Below, in pieces: positions 10,424 to 21,642 of a DNA stretch of 64,000 nt; the stretch's first letter is position 1; each line of letters opens with the position of its first letter. The position numbers and the translations under genes are program-made. Below the pieces are notes generated by a model. It saw only the letters and a program-made list of their open reading frames with translations, was not told the DNA's origin and did no database searches. The DNA is from Rubripirellula sp. (GTDB lineage Bacteria; Planctomycetota; Planctomycetia; Pirellulales; Pirellulaceae): assembly GCA_965216875.1 (NCBI GenBank), contig OZ244207.1, forward strand, positions 1,280,001 to 1,344,000, read 5' to 3'.

Positions 10424-13180
10424 GTGGCAACTTCAGATGCTGGGCATCCGTTGAGTTTCGTCGGGGTGGGCACCGAAGAGCTGCTTACCACGCTGATCAA
10501 TTCAGCGAACCATCTCGTTTGGTGCACTTCACTCGACGGCCAAACGCTGCTCTACACGAACCCCGTTGCCGAACGCATCTACGGGCGTCCTCTCTCGGAC
10601 TTGCTCAGCCAAAAGGATTACTGGATTGAAGCGATTCATCCTGATGATCGGCATGCGGTGATCGAGAATCTCAAGTCGCTCGGCAAACAACAGCAGATTG
10701 AGCACGAGTACCGTATCGTCCGTCCCGACGGTTCGGTGGCATGGCTTCACGATCGAATCAGTATCGTTTGTGATGCCGGTGGCAACGCGATCTATGTTGG
10801 TGGGATCGGTACCGACATCACCGCCATTCGTGAATCCGAGGCTCGGTACAGTTCTCTTGTCGAAAACCTGCCGCTGCATGTGTTGCGCAAAGATCGTGAC
10901 GGCAAAGTTTTGTTTGGGAACCAACGCTATTGCGAAGCAATCGGGTTGCCGCTCGAGGAGTTGGTTGGCAAGACCGATTTTGATCTCTTCCCTAACGACC
11001 TTGCGAGTAAATATCGCGACGACGATTTGAGAGTGATCGAAACGGGACGCGTTTTCAACGACGTTGAAGCGCATCAGACACCGGATGGTCGACGCGTGTA
11101 CGTCGAAATATTCAAAGGTCCGATCAAAGACTCGTTTGGCAACAATGTCGGCGTCCAGGTGATGTATTGGGATGTGACGCGGCGCAAGCAAGCTGAAGAG
11201 GAAGTGCGTCACGCCAAAGAGCTGGCTGAGGCAGCGAATGAAGCGAAAGGCCAGTTCTTGGCGAACATGAGCCATGAAATCCGGACGCCGATGAACGGGA
11301 TCGTCGGGATGACCGAGTTGCTTCTTGCGACGCAGCCGACCGACGAGCAGCGCAACTACATGATGATGGTGAAACAGTCCGCTGATTCGCTGTTGCGATT
11401 GCTAAACGATATCCTCGATTTTTCAAAGATTGAAGCGGGCAAGCTCGATCTCGAACAAACCGTTTTCAGCCTCCGCGACTGTATCGGTCAAACACTGAGG
11501 ACGTTGGGACAACGTGCGGGTGAAAAAGGAATCGAACTTGTCTACGACGTTGCTTCCGAGTTACCCGACGTGTTGTCCGGAGACGCCGGACGGCTTGGTC
11601 AAATCTTGCTGAACCTGGCTGGCAACGCGGTCAAGTTTACCGAGCGCGGCGAGATCGCGATTGATGTTCGGCCCCAACAGATCGATGGCAAGTCGGTTTG
11701 TCTGCACGTTTCTGTTCGCGATACGGGAATTGGGATTCCTGAATCGAAACGGGAGCACATTTTTGAATCGTTTAGTCAAGTCGATGCGTCGACGACGCGT
11801 CGCTTCGGTGGTTCGGGGCTCGGATTGGCGATTTCAAGCCAGCTCGTTCAGTTGATGGGCGGCAGCATCTGGGTAGAAAGTCGTGTTGGGGTTGGGACGA
11901 CGTTTCATTTCACCGCCGAGTTTGTCGTCGCTGATGAAGGACACCATGATTCGGTGGATAGCGACCGCCTCGATCAGTTTCGCGTGCTTGTTGTTGATGA
12001 CCACCCGCAAAGCCGCATCAACCTCTCTCGGTTGTTGTCGGATTGGGGATTCAACGTTGTGGCCGTCGAGTGTGCGGGCCAAGCACTTGGGATGCTTCGA
12101 GAGAGTGCCAATGCCAACCGAGCGTTCGATGTGGTTTTGATCGATCGCTGGATGCCGGATGTCGACGGACTCGATCTGGCTGGCCAGATTCGCAGTGATG
12201 CGCAGATTGCCGGATGCAAGCTGGTGGTGCTTTCGATGGGCACCTCTGTCGGTGACATGGAAGTTTGTCGTCAGCTTGAGATTGGACGGTACCTTCAAAA
12301 ACCGGTCGTTCACCACGAGTTGCATGAGACACTGTTGCAATTGCTCGGGCTGCGCCCTGACTCGAACGCGACGTGGGATGGATCAGATGAGCGTCGCAGC
12401 GTTCCGCTAAAGATTCTGCTTGCCGAAGATGGCGAGGTGAATCAGCAGGTGGCGGTCGGTCTTCTGGAGCAGCGTGGGCATCAGGTGGTGGTTGCCTGTG
12501 ACGGTGCAGCCGCGGTCGACGCGTATGAATCAGGTCAATTCGATCTGGTGCTGATGGATGTTCAAATGCCAACGATGGATGGTTTCGCCGCAACGGAGCG
12601 AATCCGGCAACTGGAACAGCAACAGGGCAACCGGACACCAATCATTGCCATGACGGCAAGTGCCATGAAAGGTGATCGCCAGCGATGTCTCGAGGCTGGC
12701 ATGGACGATTATGTCTCCAAGCCGGTTCGACCCGCGAAGTTGTTTGATGCGATTGGGCGTTGCGTGTTTAACAGCACGGTTTCGCATCCGCAATCACAAG
12801 AGGAGCGACCGAGTGAGACGCACGATCTTGACGAGACGGTCGAGTCCGATGACGTGCTCGATCTCGTCGCAGCACGTGAGTTATGTGGTAACAATGATTC
12901 TCGCCTGCAACTGTTAGCTGAGACGCTGCTGAGCGAGGCGAGTGAAATCGTTCCACAGATCAAGGAAGCGATGGCCGACCAGGACTGGCCCGTTGTCCAG
13001 CGTTTGTCCCACACCTTGAAGGGTTCTGCAGCGGTCTTCGGCGCACAACGCGTTGTCGACGCATCGTGGGAATTGGAACATCATTGCCAGAGCAGCCCGG
13101 CCGAAAATGATGAGCGATTCGTGGAACTTGAAATCGCGGCTGACCGTTTGGTCAAAGCGCTCGCGCTCCTGGTGCGATGA
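10424..13180 (+). CDS. Hybrid sensor histidine kinase (PAS-PAS-HisKA-HATPase-REC-REC-Hpt)
   Basis: Two PAS/PAC domains, FLANMSHEIRTPMNG, NLAGNAVKFT, DTGIGI, GGSGLGL, two receiver domains and Hpt SHTLKGS. Confidence 0.95.
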   Translation: MATSDAGHPLSFVGVGTEELLTTLINSANHLVWCTSLDGQTLLYTNPVAERIYGRPLSDLLSQKDYWIEAIHPDDRHAVIENLKSLGKQQQIEHEYRIVRPDGSVAWLHDRISIVCDAGGNAIYVGGIGTDITAIRESEARYSSLVENLPLHVLRKDRDGKVLFGNQRYCEAIGLPLEELVGKTDFDLFPNDLASKYRDDDLRVIETGRVFNDVEAHQTPDGRRVYVEIFKGPIKDSFGNNVGVQVMYWDVTRRKQAEEEVRHAKELAEAANEAKGQFLANMSHEIRTPMNGIVGMTELLLATQPTDEQRNYMMMVKQSADSLLRLLNDILDFSKIEAGKLDLEQTVFSLRDCIGQTLRTLGQRAGEKGIELVYDVASELPDVLSGDAGRLGQILLNLAGNAVKFTERGEIAIDVRPQQIDGKSVCLHVSVRDTGIGIPESKREHIFESFSQVDASTTRRFGGSGLGLAISSQLVQLMGGSIWVESRVGVGTTFHFTAEFVVADEGHHDSVDSDRLDQFRVLVVDDHPQSRINLSRLLSDWGFNVVAVECAGQALGMLRESANANRAFDVVLIDRWMPDVDGLDLAGQIRSDAQIAGCKLVVLSMGTSVGDMEVCRQLEIGRYLQKPVVHHELHETLLQLLGLRPDSNATWDGSDERRSVPLKILLAEDGEVNQQVAVGLLEQRGHQVVVACDGAAAVDAYESGQFDLVLMDVQMPTMDGFAATERIRQLEQQQGNRTPIIAMTASAMKGDRQRCLEAGMDDYVSKPVRPAKLFDAIGRCVFNSTVSHPQSQEERPSETHDLDETVESDDVLDLVAARELCGNNDSRLQLLAETLLSEASEIVPQIKEAMADQDWPVVQRLSHTLKGSAAVFGAQRVVDASWELEHHCQSSPAENDERFVELEIAADRLVKALALLVR

Positions 13181-13208
13181 GTCCAGCGGCGCGATGGATC
13201 GCGTTCTC

Positions 13209-13318
13209 ACACTCTCCTTTGGGAGAGTCGGGCTCTAAGGCCCGGAGAGGGGCTTTTGCAACGGTTATTCCCTTCCCCGGACTTTGCGTCCGACCCTCCC
13301 GCAAGCGGGAGGGTGATT
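13209..13318. repeat. REP-like element (CTCTCCYTTGGGAGAG...CCCTCCCGCAAGCGGGAGGGTGA)
   Basis: Near-identical copy at 42211-42320, with internal hairpins. Confidence 0.85.
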
Positions 13319-13340
13319 GATGGTGGGAACGAAACTCCAA

Positions 13341-13871
13341 TCAGCGGCACTCGTCGGCTGCAAGATCCGCTCGATAGCGTCGACCTCGTTCGACATAGCT
13401 ATTGGCTGCGTGTCGAATCATAGCGATCTGCTCGTCCGTGACCTCGGCGACGACCTTTGCCGGGCTACCAAGGATCAAGGATCCTGCGGGGAACGATTTG
13501 CCTTCGGTCACCAACGCACCGGCGCCAACAATTGAATTCTTTCCGATCGAGGCGCCGTTGAGCACGATTGCTTGCATGCCGATAAGGGTGTCTTCGTCGA
13601 TCGAGCAGCCGTGAAGGGTCGCTTGGTGGCCGACGGTCACGCGTGCTCCGAGGGTCATCGGATAACCCGGATCGGTGTGAAGGACGGCGTTGTCCTGGAC
13701 GTTTGCTCGGGCGCCGATTTCAATCAATTCATTGTCGCCACGAATGACAGCACCAAACCAAACACTGCTTTCGGGGCCAAGTGTGACGTTGCCGATGATG
13801 GTCGCAGTGTCAGCAATGTAACAGTCCTTATCAACGCGGGGACTCTGGTCGCCAAGTTTGTACAGCGACAT
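13341..13871 (-). CDS. Gamma carbonic anhydrase family protein (YrdA/PaaY-like hexapeptide repeat)
   Basis: WFGAVIRGD, NVQDNAVLH and TVGHQATLHGC. Confidence 0.92.
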   Translation of the reverse strand: MSLYKLGDQSPRVDKDCYIADTATIIGNVTLGPESSVWFGAVIRGDNELIEIGARANVQDNAVLHTDPGYPMTLGARVTVGHQATLHGCSIDEDTLIGMQAIVLNGASIGKNSIVGAGALVTEGKSFPAGSLILGSPAKVVAEVTDEQIAMIRHAANSYVERGRRYRADLAADECR

Positions 13872-13954
13872 GTCGGATTCCGTTTCGGTGAGTGGGTTGG
13901 TCGGTCGTCAGGTCGGATAGAATGTCGCTGACGTTCAATGAAGAGGATCGAAAG

Positions 13955-15160
13955 ATGAAGCAAATCATACTGGCTGTTGGAATCTTTTTCGCCCTACTGG
14001 TTCCCGGCGCTGCCCAAGCCCAATTCAGTCAAAAACAACTTGGCCAATGGTTGAAGCGTTTTCCTCAGGCCGACACCAACGGCGATGGAAAACTATCCGC
14101 CCAGGAAGCCAACGCGTTTCGCAAGAAGCTGTCTGGCAATCGACAGCGTGGCGGAGGAGTGCCACGGGAGTTTCCTGTCGATCCGGGCTGGGATGCCGAT
14201 GCGTTCCCAGAGCACGCGATTTGTTATCTCGATCCCGAGGAGATCGCAAACGCGTTTGGATGGGTGAAACGCGGCAATGAAATGGCCATCACCCGGTACG
14301 ACAAACCAGCGGACGATTCATTGCGTATCGTTGCGACGGGCCATAGTTTCATGGCGCCTGGTTTCGCGACCTTTCCAAAAATTGCAAAGGCGGCTGGTCT
14401 GCAACAACCGCCACTGTTGACGCATACTGGCGGCGGCATCACCGGAAGTGCTCGCTACAAGTGGGAACAAGAGAACGGCATCTTTCAGTTCGATAAGAGG
14501 CCCACGCCAAAGTTGCTCGCGTCGATCTGCAATGCTCATTGGGACGCGATGATGTGGGGCCCCTACTACAAGGACCGACCCGAATACTATGCGTGTTGGA
14601 TTGACTTCTGTTTGAAGTACAACCCCGACATGAAGTTCTATTTGGCCGATGCGTGGCCTCAACTCGAGCAACTTGCGTCGACACCGAGCGACGAATCGGA
14701 ATTGACGACCGAGGTCGTTGCGCGTCTCGGGCAGGAGCGGTTTGCAGAAAACGAAAAGCTCATCAATACACTGAACGAGAAATATCCGGATCGCGTCTTT
14801 GTGCTGCCAACTTGCGAAGCCATGGTTTTAGCTGTGGACTACTACCATCAGGGCAAGCTGCCAGGAATAGAAGGAATCCATACAGCGGTTGGCAAAAAGC
14901 AACGATCACTTTGGCGAGACCGGCTCGGCCATCTTGGCCCAGGTTTGGGACAGCTCGAGGGCTACGTCTTTTACGCAACGATGTATGGGCGCTCGCCTGA
15001 ATTGATCGGTGACGAGATCGAGTTCTCACGATCAGGTTACCCAAGCCCTGATCTTGATCGGGTGTTTCGTAAGATTGCGTGGGAAGCGGTGCTGAAGAAC
15101 CCGCTTTCGGGTGTCACGGACGAAGATGGAAATCAGATCGGTGATCGTTTTGAAGATTGA
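13955..15160 (+). CDS. Secreted EF-hand-containing protein with SGNH-hydrolase-like domain
   Basis: Signal peptide, DTNGDGKLSAQE EF-hand, ATGHSF block and D..GH block near the C-terminus. Confidence 0.65.
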   Translation: MKQIILAVGIFFALLVPGAAQAQFSQKQLGQWLKRFPQADTNGDGKLSAQEANAFRKKLSGNRQRGGGVPREFPVDPGWDADAFPEHAICYLDPEEIANAFGWVKRGNEMAITRYDKPADDSLRIVATGHSFMAPGFATFPKIAKAAGLQQPPLLTHTGGGITGSARYKWEQENGIFQFDKRPTPKLLASICNAHWDAMMWGPYYKDRPEYYACWIDFCLKYNPDMKFYLADAWPQLEQLASTPSDESELTTEVVARLGQERFAENEKLINTLNEKYPDRVFVLPTCEAMVLAVDYYHQGKLPGIEGIHTAVGKKQRSLWRDRLGHLGPGLGQLEGYVFYATMYGRSPELIGDEIEFSRSGYPSPDLDRVFRKIAWEAVLKNPLSGVTDEDGNQIGDRFED

Positions 15161-16351
15161 TTGACCGAAAGTGTAGGCATGGATGTAGAAAGACTGCGCG
15201 GTGAAACGCCGGCGACGTCAGCTTTGGTTCATTTGAACAATGCCGGGGCATCCCTGATGCCTCAGCCGGTCGTGGACGAAGTGACCAGCTACCTCCGTCT
15301 CGAAAGTGAAATCGGCGGTTACGAAGCTGCAGCGTTTCGAGCGGCCGATATACGCGTTGCCTATCGTCAAGTTGCGAATCTGATTGGAGCCCAGCCGCAT
15401 AACGTCGCGTTCACTGAAAATGCCACCGTTTCGACGGCACAAGTGCTGTCGGCGATTCGGTGGAACCGAGGCGATACGATTGTCACAACGCGGAACGACT
15501 ACGCGTCGAATCAGATTCAGTTCCTCGCGTTGCAAAAGCGTTTCGGTATCCGCGTTTTGCGGGCCGAGGATCGAGCGACTGGTGGCGTTGATGTTTCATC
15601 GCTTGACGACTTGGTCGCAAAGCACCGTCCCAAGCTTGTTTGCGTGACGCACATTCCGACAAACACCGGAATGGTTCAGGATGTGGTGGGGGCCGGTCAA
15701 ATATGCAAACACCATGACGTTCCGCTGTTGGTCGATGCATGCCAATCGATTGGCCAAATGCCAGTTGTGGTCGGCGAGATTGGCTGCGATTTTCTTTCTG
15801 CCAGCTCGCGGAAGTTTCTACGAGGACCACGCGGCTGCGGCTTTCTTTACGTTTCCGACCGCGCCCTTGAAGCGGGTCTCGAGCCGTTGTTCATCGACAT
15901 GCACGGAGCAAATTGGGTCGATGCGGATCGATACGAACCTACGGCCGATGCGAGTCGTTTCGAGAATTGGGAGTTCGCTTGGGCATTGGTGTTGGGGACG
16001 GGAGTGGCGGCAGACTATGCCACTTCGATTGGGCTCGATGCCATCGAAGGCCGGATTCGGTTGCTTTCGCAATACCTGCGCAAGGAGTTAGATCAATTTC
16101 CACGAGTACGGTTGCTGGATCGAGGCGAACGTTTGTCGTCCGTGGTTTCGATCGAGGTTGAAGGAGTCGACCCAGATTGGTTGGTGACGCGGTTGCGCAC
16201 AGAGAAGATCAACACGTCAGCGCAAAAAAGGGTCTACGCCGTGATTGATTTTGATGCCAAAGGTGTCGAAAAGTCGTTGCGTCTCTCACCACACTACTTC
16301 AACACGGTTGAGGAGATCGATCGGGTGGTTGCAGTGCTGAAGCAAGCGTGA
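15161..16351 (+). CDS. Class V PLP-dependent aminotransferase (cysteine desulfurase / C-S lyase-like)
   Basis: HLNNAGASL, VDACQSIGQ, SSRKFLRGPRG and RLSPHYFNT. Confidence 0.9.
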   Translation: MTESVGMDVERLRGETPATSALVHLNNAGASLMPQPVVDEVTSYLRLESEIGGYEAAAFRAADIRVAYRQVANLIGAQPHNVAFTENATVSTAQVLSAIRWNRGDTIVTTRNDYASNQIQFLALQKRFGIRVLRAEDRATGGVDVSSLDDLVAKHRPKLVCVTHIPTNTGMVQDVVGAGQICKHHDVPLLVDACQSIGQMPVVVGEIGCDFLSASSRKFLRGPRGCGFLYVSDRALEAGLEPLFIDMHGANWVDADRYEPTADASRFENWEFAWALVLGTGVAADYATSIGLDAIEGRIRLLSQYLRKELDQFPRVRLLDRGERLSSVVSIEVEGVDPDWLVTRLRTEKINTSAQKRVYAVIDFDAKGVEKSLRLSPHYFNTVEEIDRVVAVLKQA

Positions 16352-16439
16352 TGGTCTTCGTGAGGGTGAGGCTTCCGCCGAACTGGGGCTCGGCAACCGC
16401 CGAACTGGCTGCCGGCTCCGCAGGAGCGTCGCCCGCCCG

Positions 16440-17165
16440 CTATGGCGACACCGTTTCTTCGGCGACACCTTCGTTTGCGTTGCGGGGGTCGCGAAAACGG
16501 TATCCGATTCCGCGAACCGTTTCGACGAGGCCAGCGTTGTCTCCGAGCTTCTTTCGAATCGCTCGGATGTGAACATCGATGGTTCGCTCGAGGACGATTG
16601 CATCGCCGAGTGCTGCATCGATGAGCTCGCTGCGGCTGAAGGCGCGACCAGGTTGGCGAATCATGGTATCGAGTAATGCAAATTCGCTCAGCGTCAGGTC
16701 GAGCGTTTCTTCGCCAGCTGTGACGCAGTGACGACCGCGGTCAATGACAATGCCTTGGCAGGCAACAACGCTGCGAGCATCGGCGGCGGTAGAACGCCGT
16801 CGCAACAAGGCTTTGATTCGTTCGAGCAGAACTTTGACGCTGAAGGGTTTGGTGACGTAATCGTCTGCCCCCATGGCGAGTCCAACGACTTGGTCGGTCT
16901 CTTCCGATTTGGCGGTCAGCATGATGACCAGCACGTCGCTTTTGGCCGGATTGGCACGCAGGCGGCGGCAGACTTCCAAGCCATCGATGACGGGAAGCAT
17001 GAGGTCGAGAACGATGACATCGGGAGTTTTGTGTTGGGCTTGGTTGAGTCCGTCTTGTCCGTCGTGCGCGACCGAGACGTTGTAACCAGCCTGTTCCAAA
17101 TTGTACGAGAGGACTTCCGACAACGAACGGTCGTCCTCGATGATCAAAACGTTTTGCTTGGCCAT
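16440..17165 (-). CDS. phoB: Phosphate regulon response regulator (OmpR family)
   Basis: REC plus winged helix (DVHIRAIRKKL, ETVRGIGYRF). Last gene of the pst operon. Confidence 0.9.
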   Translation of the reverse strand: MAKQNVLIIEDDRSLSEVLSYNLEQAGYNVSVAHDGQDGLNQAQHKTPDVIVLDLMLPVIDGLEVCRRLRANPAKSDVLVIMLTAKSEETDQVVGLAMGADDYVTKPFSVKVLLERIKALLRRRSTAADARSVVACQGIVIDRGRHCVTAGEETLDLTLSEFALLDTMIRQPGRAFSRSELIDAALGDAIVLERTIDVHIRAIRKKLGDNAGLVETVRGIGYRFRDPRNANEGVAEETVSP

Positions 17166-17174
17166 GGTTATTGT

Positions 17175-17849
17175 TTATTGGACGACGGCGTCCAGATCGT
17201 GTTTGTGGCGAGCGATTTCGCCGTCGACGAGATAGATCACGTCTTCGGCGATATTGGTTGCGTGGTCGGCAATCCGTTCGACATAGCGGGATGCGGAAAA
17301 CAGGTACATCGCTGCTTCCACAAGTTCAGGCTGAGTCTTCATGACCTGCTGGACTTGTTCGATGACTTCGCGGTTGAGTGCGTCCACTTCTTCGTCACGC
17401 ATGCGTACCGCGCCGGCCGTTTCGACATCCATACTTACCAGGGCATCCAAAGCCGCCTGCACCATGGCAACCGTGACTTCAACCATGCGGTCAAACGTTT
17501 CTGGCACCAACAAGCCGGCGTGGCCTGAGAGGCTGCTTGCACGTTCGGCCACATTGACGGCCAAGTCTGCGATTCGTTCGAGGTCGTTGTTGATTTTCAG
17601 GATCGTCACCACCCGTCGCAGGTTGATTGCAACGGGTTGGTGAAGGGCGAGGATCTTGAGGCATTCCTCTTCGATTTGCACTTCTTGTTCATCGACGATG
17701 GTTTCGTGCTGCATGACGTCCGAGACAAGCTCGGGTCGCATTTCGCGAATCGCGAGGCACGCCTTCTGGATCATCTCTTCGACAATCGAAGCTTGCGAAA
17801 GAACTTGTCGTTCGAGCGTTTCGAGGTCGCGTACGAAGTGTTTGCTCAT
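17175..17849 (-). CDS. phoU: Phosphate signalling protein PhoU
   Basis: LALHQPVA, DLERIADLA and ERIADHATNIAE repeats. Confidence 0.95.
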   Translation of the reverse strand: MSKHFVRDLETLERQVLSQASIVEEMIQKACLAIREMRPELVSDVMQHETIVDEQEVQIEEECLKILALHQPVAINLRRVVTILKINNDLERIADLAVNVAERASSLSGHAGLLVPETFDRMVEVTVAMVQAALDALVSMDVETAGAVRMRDEEVDALNREVIEQVQQVMKTQPELVEAAMYLFSASRYVERIADHATNIAEDVIYLVDGEIARHKHDLDAVVQ

Positions 17850-17851
17850 CG

Positions 17852-18784
17852 TTATCCAAATCTGCCCGTGATGTAATCTTCGGTTTGTTTTTGGGTGGGC
17901 GCGGTAAACAGCTGATTGGTTGGACCGGCCTCCACCAGACGTCCTTCGAAAAAGAAGGCGGTTTGATCCGAAACACGCGCCGCTTGCTGCATGTTGTGGG
18001 TAACGATCACGATCGTGTAGTTGTCACGCAATTCAAAAATCAGGTCTTCGATACGAGCGGTCGACGCGGGGTCAAGCGCCGAAGCGGGTTCGTCCATCAA
18101 CAGAACATCAGGATTGGTCGCCAACGCGCGGGCAATGCAAAGCCGTTGCTGCTGGCCGCCGGACAACCGAAGTGCTGAGTCGTGGAGTCGATCTTTGACT
18201 TCATCAAGCAATGCGGCTCGCTCAAGTGAATGCTCGACAATCTCCAGCAGGGCGGCGCGATTGCGAATGCCGCCCAGGCGAGGACCATAGGCGACGTTTT
18301 CGAATATCGATTTTGGGAAGGGGTTCGACTTTTGAAACACCATTCCGACGCGTTTGCGAAGCTCAACCACGTCGGTTTGCGGGTGGTAGATGTCTTCGTT
18401 GTCCAGAAGCACGTCACCCTCAACGCGAGTGTTGTCGATCATGTCGTTCATTCGATTGAGGCAGCGAAGGAACGTCGACTTGCCGCATCCAGAGGGACCG
18501 ATGAACGCGGTCACAAGCTTTTCGGGGATACGCAGTGAGACATCTTTGAGGGCGAGGCTGTGGCCGTAGTAGAACGACAGGTGATCGGCTCGGATCTTTG
18601 GATGGATCCCGGCAAGATCCTCGGCCGTTGAGGGCGCTCCGCTGCGTTCGACTTTGGGAGCCGAAAGCGATGGCGTGCCGCTGTCGACGCGAGACGATTC
18701 AGCGGTATCTGTCGACATGGGTTGCGGTTCCATTCGGGAGGGCTCGGTGGTTTTCTTTTGGATGGTCAAATTCATCGTCATCAA
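17852..18784 (-). CDS. pstB: Phosphate ABC transporter ATP-binding protein
   Basis: [37 protein letters not shown] and [10 protein letters not shown]. Confidence 0.97.
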   Translation of the reverse strand: MMTMNLTIQKKTTEPSRMEPQPMSTDTAESSRVDSGTPSLSAPKVERSGAPSTAEDLAGIHPKIRADHLSFYYGHSLALKDVSLRIPEKLVTAFIGPSGCGKSTFLRCLNRMNDMIDNTRVEGDVLLDNEDIYHPQTDVVELRKRVGMVFQKSNPFPKSIFENVAYGPRLGGIRNRAALLEIVEHSLERAALLDEVKDRLHDSALRLSGGQQQRLCIARALATNPDVLLMDEPASALDPASTARIEDLIFELRDNYTIVIVTHNMQQAARVSDQTAFFFEGRLVEAGPTNQLFTAPTQKQTEDYITGRFG

Positions 18785-18811
18785 CTCGAATATCTCTTGT
18801 GGGACGAGGTT

Positions 18812-19687
18812 TTACCAGCGAATTCGTTTGGCGTACTTTTGTCGAAGGAATACGGCGATCGCGTTCATGCAGATCAGGACGACGAGCAGCACGATGATTC
18901 CACCCGCTGCGACGCTGTGGAATTCAGCCTGAGGGCGTGACGTCCAGTTGAAAATCTGAATCGGGAGTGCCGTGAACTGATCCATCGGACCTTGGGGCGT
19001 AAACGGCACAAAGGCAGCTGCACCCACGGCGATCAATGGTGCGGCTTCCCCAATGGCTCGCGACAAGGCAATGATCACTCCAGTCATGATGCCGGGCATC
19101 GCCGCCGGCAAAACCTGACAGCGGACCGTTTGCCATTTCGTTGCTCCCAATGCGTACGATCCGTGGCGAATCGAATCGGGCACGGCTCGCAGTGCTTCTT
19201 GCGTGGCAAGAATGATGATCGGCAAGACAACCAGCGAAAGGGTAAGGGCACCCGAGAGCAAACTGCGACCCATCGACAGCGTTTGGACAAACAGCCCCAA
19301 GCCCAAGATGCCGTAGACAATCGAGGGCACGCCCGCCAAGTTGGCGATGTTGATTTGGATCAGCTTGCGCCAACGTGATGCACGAGCATACTCTTCCAGG
19401 TAGATCGCGGCGCCAACGCCCGCTGGCAGCGAAATCATGGCGGTCATCACCGTCAACCAAATGCTTCCGGCAAGTGCCGATTTGATTCCGGCCTTGTCTG
19501 CGTGCCGCGATGGGAAACTCGTCAGAAAGTCAAAGCTGACGTACTGTGAGCCGTGCGAAAAGATGTTGACCAGGAGGAACACCAAGGTCGCTACGCAAAG
19601 CAAGGTTGCCCCAAGGCAGGCAAACTTAAACAGGTTCGCAGCGATTTGAATATTGCCTCCGGTGCGACGGAGTCCACCGGAACTCAT
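18812..19687 (-). CDS. pstA: Phosphate ABC transporter permease
   Basis: NLAGVPSIVYGILGL and ALSRAIGEAAPL. Confidence 0.95.
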   Translation of the reverse strand: MSSGGLRRTGGNIQIAANLFKFACLGATLLCVATLVFLLVNIFSHGSQYVSFDFLTSFPSRHADKAGIKSALAGSIWLTVMTAMISLPAGVGAAIYLEEYARASRWRKLIQINIANLAGVPSIVYGILGLGLFVQTLSMGRSLLSGALTLSLVVLPIIILATQEALRAVPDSIRHGSYALGATKWQTVRCQVLPAAMPGIMTGVIIALSRAIGEAAPLIAVGAAAFVPFTPQGPMDQFTALPIQIFNWTSRPQAEFHSVAAGGIIVLLVVLICMNAIAVFLRQKYAKRIRW

Positions 19688-20628
19688 TCGTATTTCTCCC
19701 TCATGATGCTGACAACAAACTGTGCCAACAGATTCATGGCCATCGTGAAGATAAACAGCGTTAGCCCCACTGCGAAGATTGTGCGGTATTCAGGGGTGCC
19801 TGCAGGCGTGTCGCCGAGGCTGACCTGAACAATGTAGGCCGTCATGGCCTGGATGCTCTCGAGTGGATTGAGCGTCAGGTTGGGTGTCGCACCGGCGACG
19901 AGTGTGACCGCCATCGTTTCGCCGATCGCTCGTGAAATCGCGAGCAGGAACGAGGCGATGATTCCAGAGATCGCTGCGGGCACCACGATTTGGACCGTCA
20001 CATGGAATTTCGTGGCACCCAATGCGTAGCCCCCTTCGCGGAGCGAATTGGGGACCGATCGAAGGGCGTCTTCACTCAGCGAGATGATCATCGGCAGGAT
20101 CATGATGCCGACCACGATGCAAGCACTTGCTGCATTGAAGACTCCGGCACCTGGAAAGATCCAGCGAATGATTGGCGAGATAAAGACCAGGCCCACGTAT
20201 CCGTAAACGACCGATGGTATTCCTGCCAAAACCTCAAGCACAGGTTTGACGATGTCGCGGAACCACGGCGATGCATATTCGCTTAAGAAGATTGCCGTTC
20301 CGAGTCCGAGCGGGACAGCAACCAGTGCTGCCCCCGTCGCGACCAGGACGGTGCCGCAAACCAAAGGCATGATGCCAAAGTGTTGCGGCTTAAAAAGTGG
20401 TGTCCACTTGGTGTCCGTCAGGAACTCGACGATCGAAACGTCAAAGAAGAACTGAACGGACTCGTAAAGCAGAATGACGACAATGCCGATCGTGGTCAGC
20501 ACCGAGATCGCAGCACAACCTACCAGGAAGATATGCACTCCCGATTCGATCCACTGGCGAATCCGCGTTTCGTTCGATTGCGAACGCAACTGAGACAGCG
20601 GCCTTGCAGTCGTTGGATTTGAGCTCAC
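19684..20628 (-). CDS. pstC: Phosphate ABC transporter permease
   Basis: LAGIPSVVYG and ISRAIGETMAV. The start codon is uncertain. Confidence 0.95.
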   Translation of the reverse strand: MSSNPTTARPLSQLRSQSNETRIRQWIESGVHIFLVGCAAISVLTTIGIVVILLYESVQFFFDVSIVEFLTDTKWTPLFKPQHFGIMPLVCGTVLVATGAALVAVPLGLGTAIFLSEYASPWFRDIVKPVLEVLAGIPSVVYGYVGLVFISPIIRWIFPGAGVFNAASACIVVGIMILPMIISLSEDALRSVPNSLREGGYALGATKFHVTVQIVVPAAISGIIASFLLAISRAIGETMAVTLVAGATPNLTLNPLESIQAMTAYIVQVSLGDTPAGTPEYRTIFAVGLTLFIFTMAMNLLAQFVVSIMREKYE

Positions 20629-20703
20629 TCGCGGTGATCCTGTTTATTGGCTTGTCGTCGCCACTTCCAAATGCGGCCGAGCACTCAACCTCGGCCCGAA
20701 GGC

Positions 20704-21642
20704 TCAGCCTGAAGTTGCCGAAGAGTAAGCCTCTTCGTTCTTTTTGGCTGCGTCGTCCGAGATGGCAACGTAGCCGACCTCCGAGGCGAGGTCACCACAG
20801 TTGTCCAAGTAGAACCGAACGAACTGTTGCACGTCCTCGCGATCCTTCAAAGCGTCTTTGCGGACGTAGATGAAGATCGGACGCGACAGTGGTTGGTAAG
20901 TGCCGTCACGAACGGTTTCTTCCGATGGGGTCATCGGGCCATCGCCACCATCAACACCCATTAGCTTTAGGCGACCTTTGTTTTCGATGTAGTAAGCGAA
21001 GCCAAAGTAACCCATTGCGAACTTGTCTTCTTGAACACCGGTGACCAAGACATTGTCGTCTTCGCTGGCGGTGTAATCGGCTCGCGAAGCACCTTCTTCG
21101 CCGTTGATTGCTTTGGTGAAGTAATCAAAGGTGCCCGAATCGGTACCAGGTCCGTAGAGGTGAATTTCCTCTTCTGGCCATTCAGGGTTGATGTCGCTCC
21201 ACTTCTTGACGCCACTTTCGGGACGCCAGATTTCTTTGAGTTGCTCGACCGTTAACGAGTCGCACCAGTCGTTCTCGGGGTTGAGGACAACGGCCAAGCC
21301 ATCAAAGGCGACTTCAAGCTGGATGTATTCAACACCAGCGGCTTCACACTTCTCTTTTTCGCTGTCCTTGATCGGACGCGATGCACCGCAGATCTCGATC
21401 GAGCCGTCGATGAATTTCTTGAATCCACCACCGGTTCCTGAGAACCCGGCCGTGACGCGGATGCTTTGGGTGGTCTTTTGGAACTCCTCAGCGACTGCTT
21501 CGGTGACCGGGTAGACCGTGCTCGATCCGTCGATCTGAATCGTCGTGGTCGATGCTGTCTCGCTCGAGCATCCCACACAAAGTGCCATCGCTGCGGTGGC
21601 GGCAACGGTTCCCATGCGTCCTAGAAACATGCGTTTTTCCAT
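20704..21642 (-). CDS. pstS: Phosphate ABC transporter substrate-binding lipoprotein
   Basis: Lipobox-like CVGC, IDGSSTVYP, SGTGGGF, SGTFDYF and YQPLSRP. Confidence 0.95.
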   Translation of the reverse strand: MEKRMFLGRMGTVAATAAMALCVGCSSETASTTTIQIDGSSTVYPVTEAVAEEFQKTTQSIRVTAGFSGTGGGFKKFIDGSIEICGASRPIKDSEKEKCEAAGVEYIQLEVAFDGLAVVLNPENDWCDSLTVEQLKEIWRPESGVKKWSDINPEWPEEEIHLYGPGTDSGTFDYFTKAINGEEGASRADYTASEDDNVLVTGVQEDKFAMGYFGFAYYIENKGRLKLMGVDGGDGPMTPSEETVRDGTYQPLSRPIFIYVRKDALKDREDVQQFVRFYLDNCGDLASEVGYVAISDDAAKKNEEAYSSATSG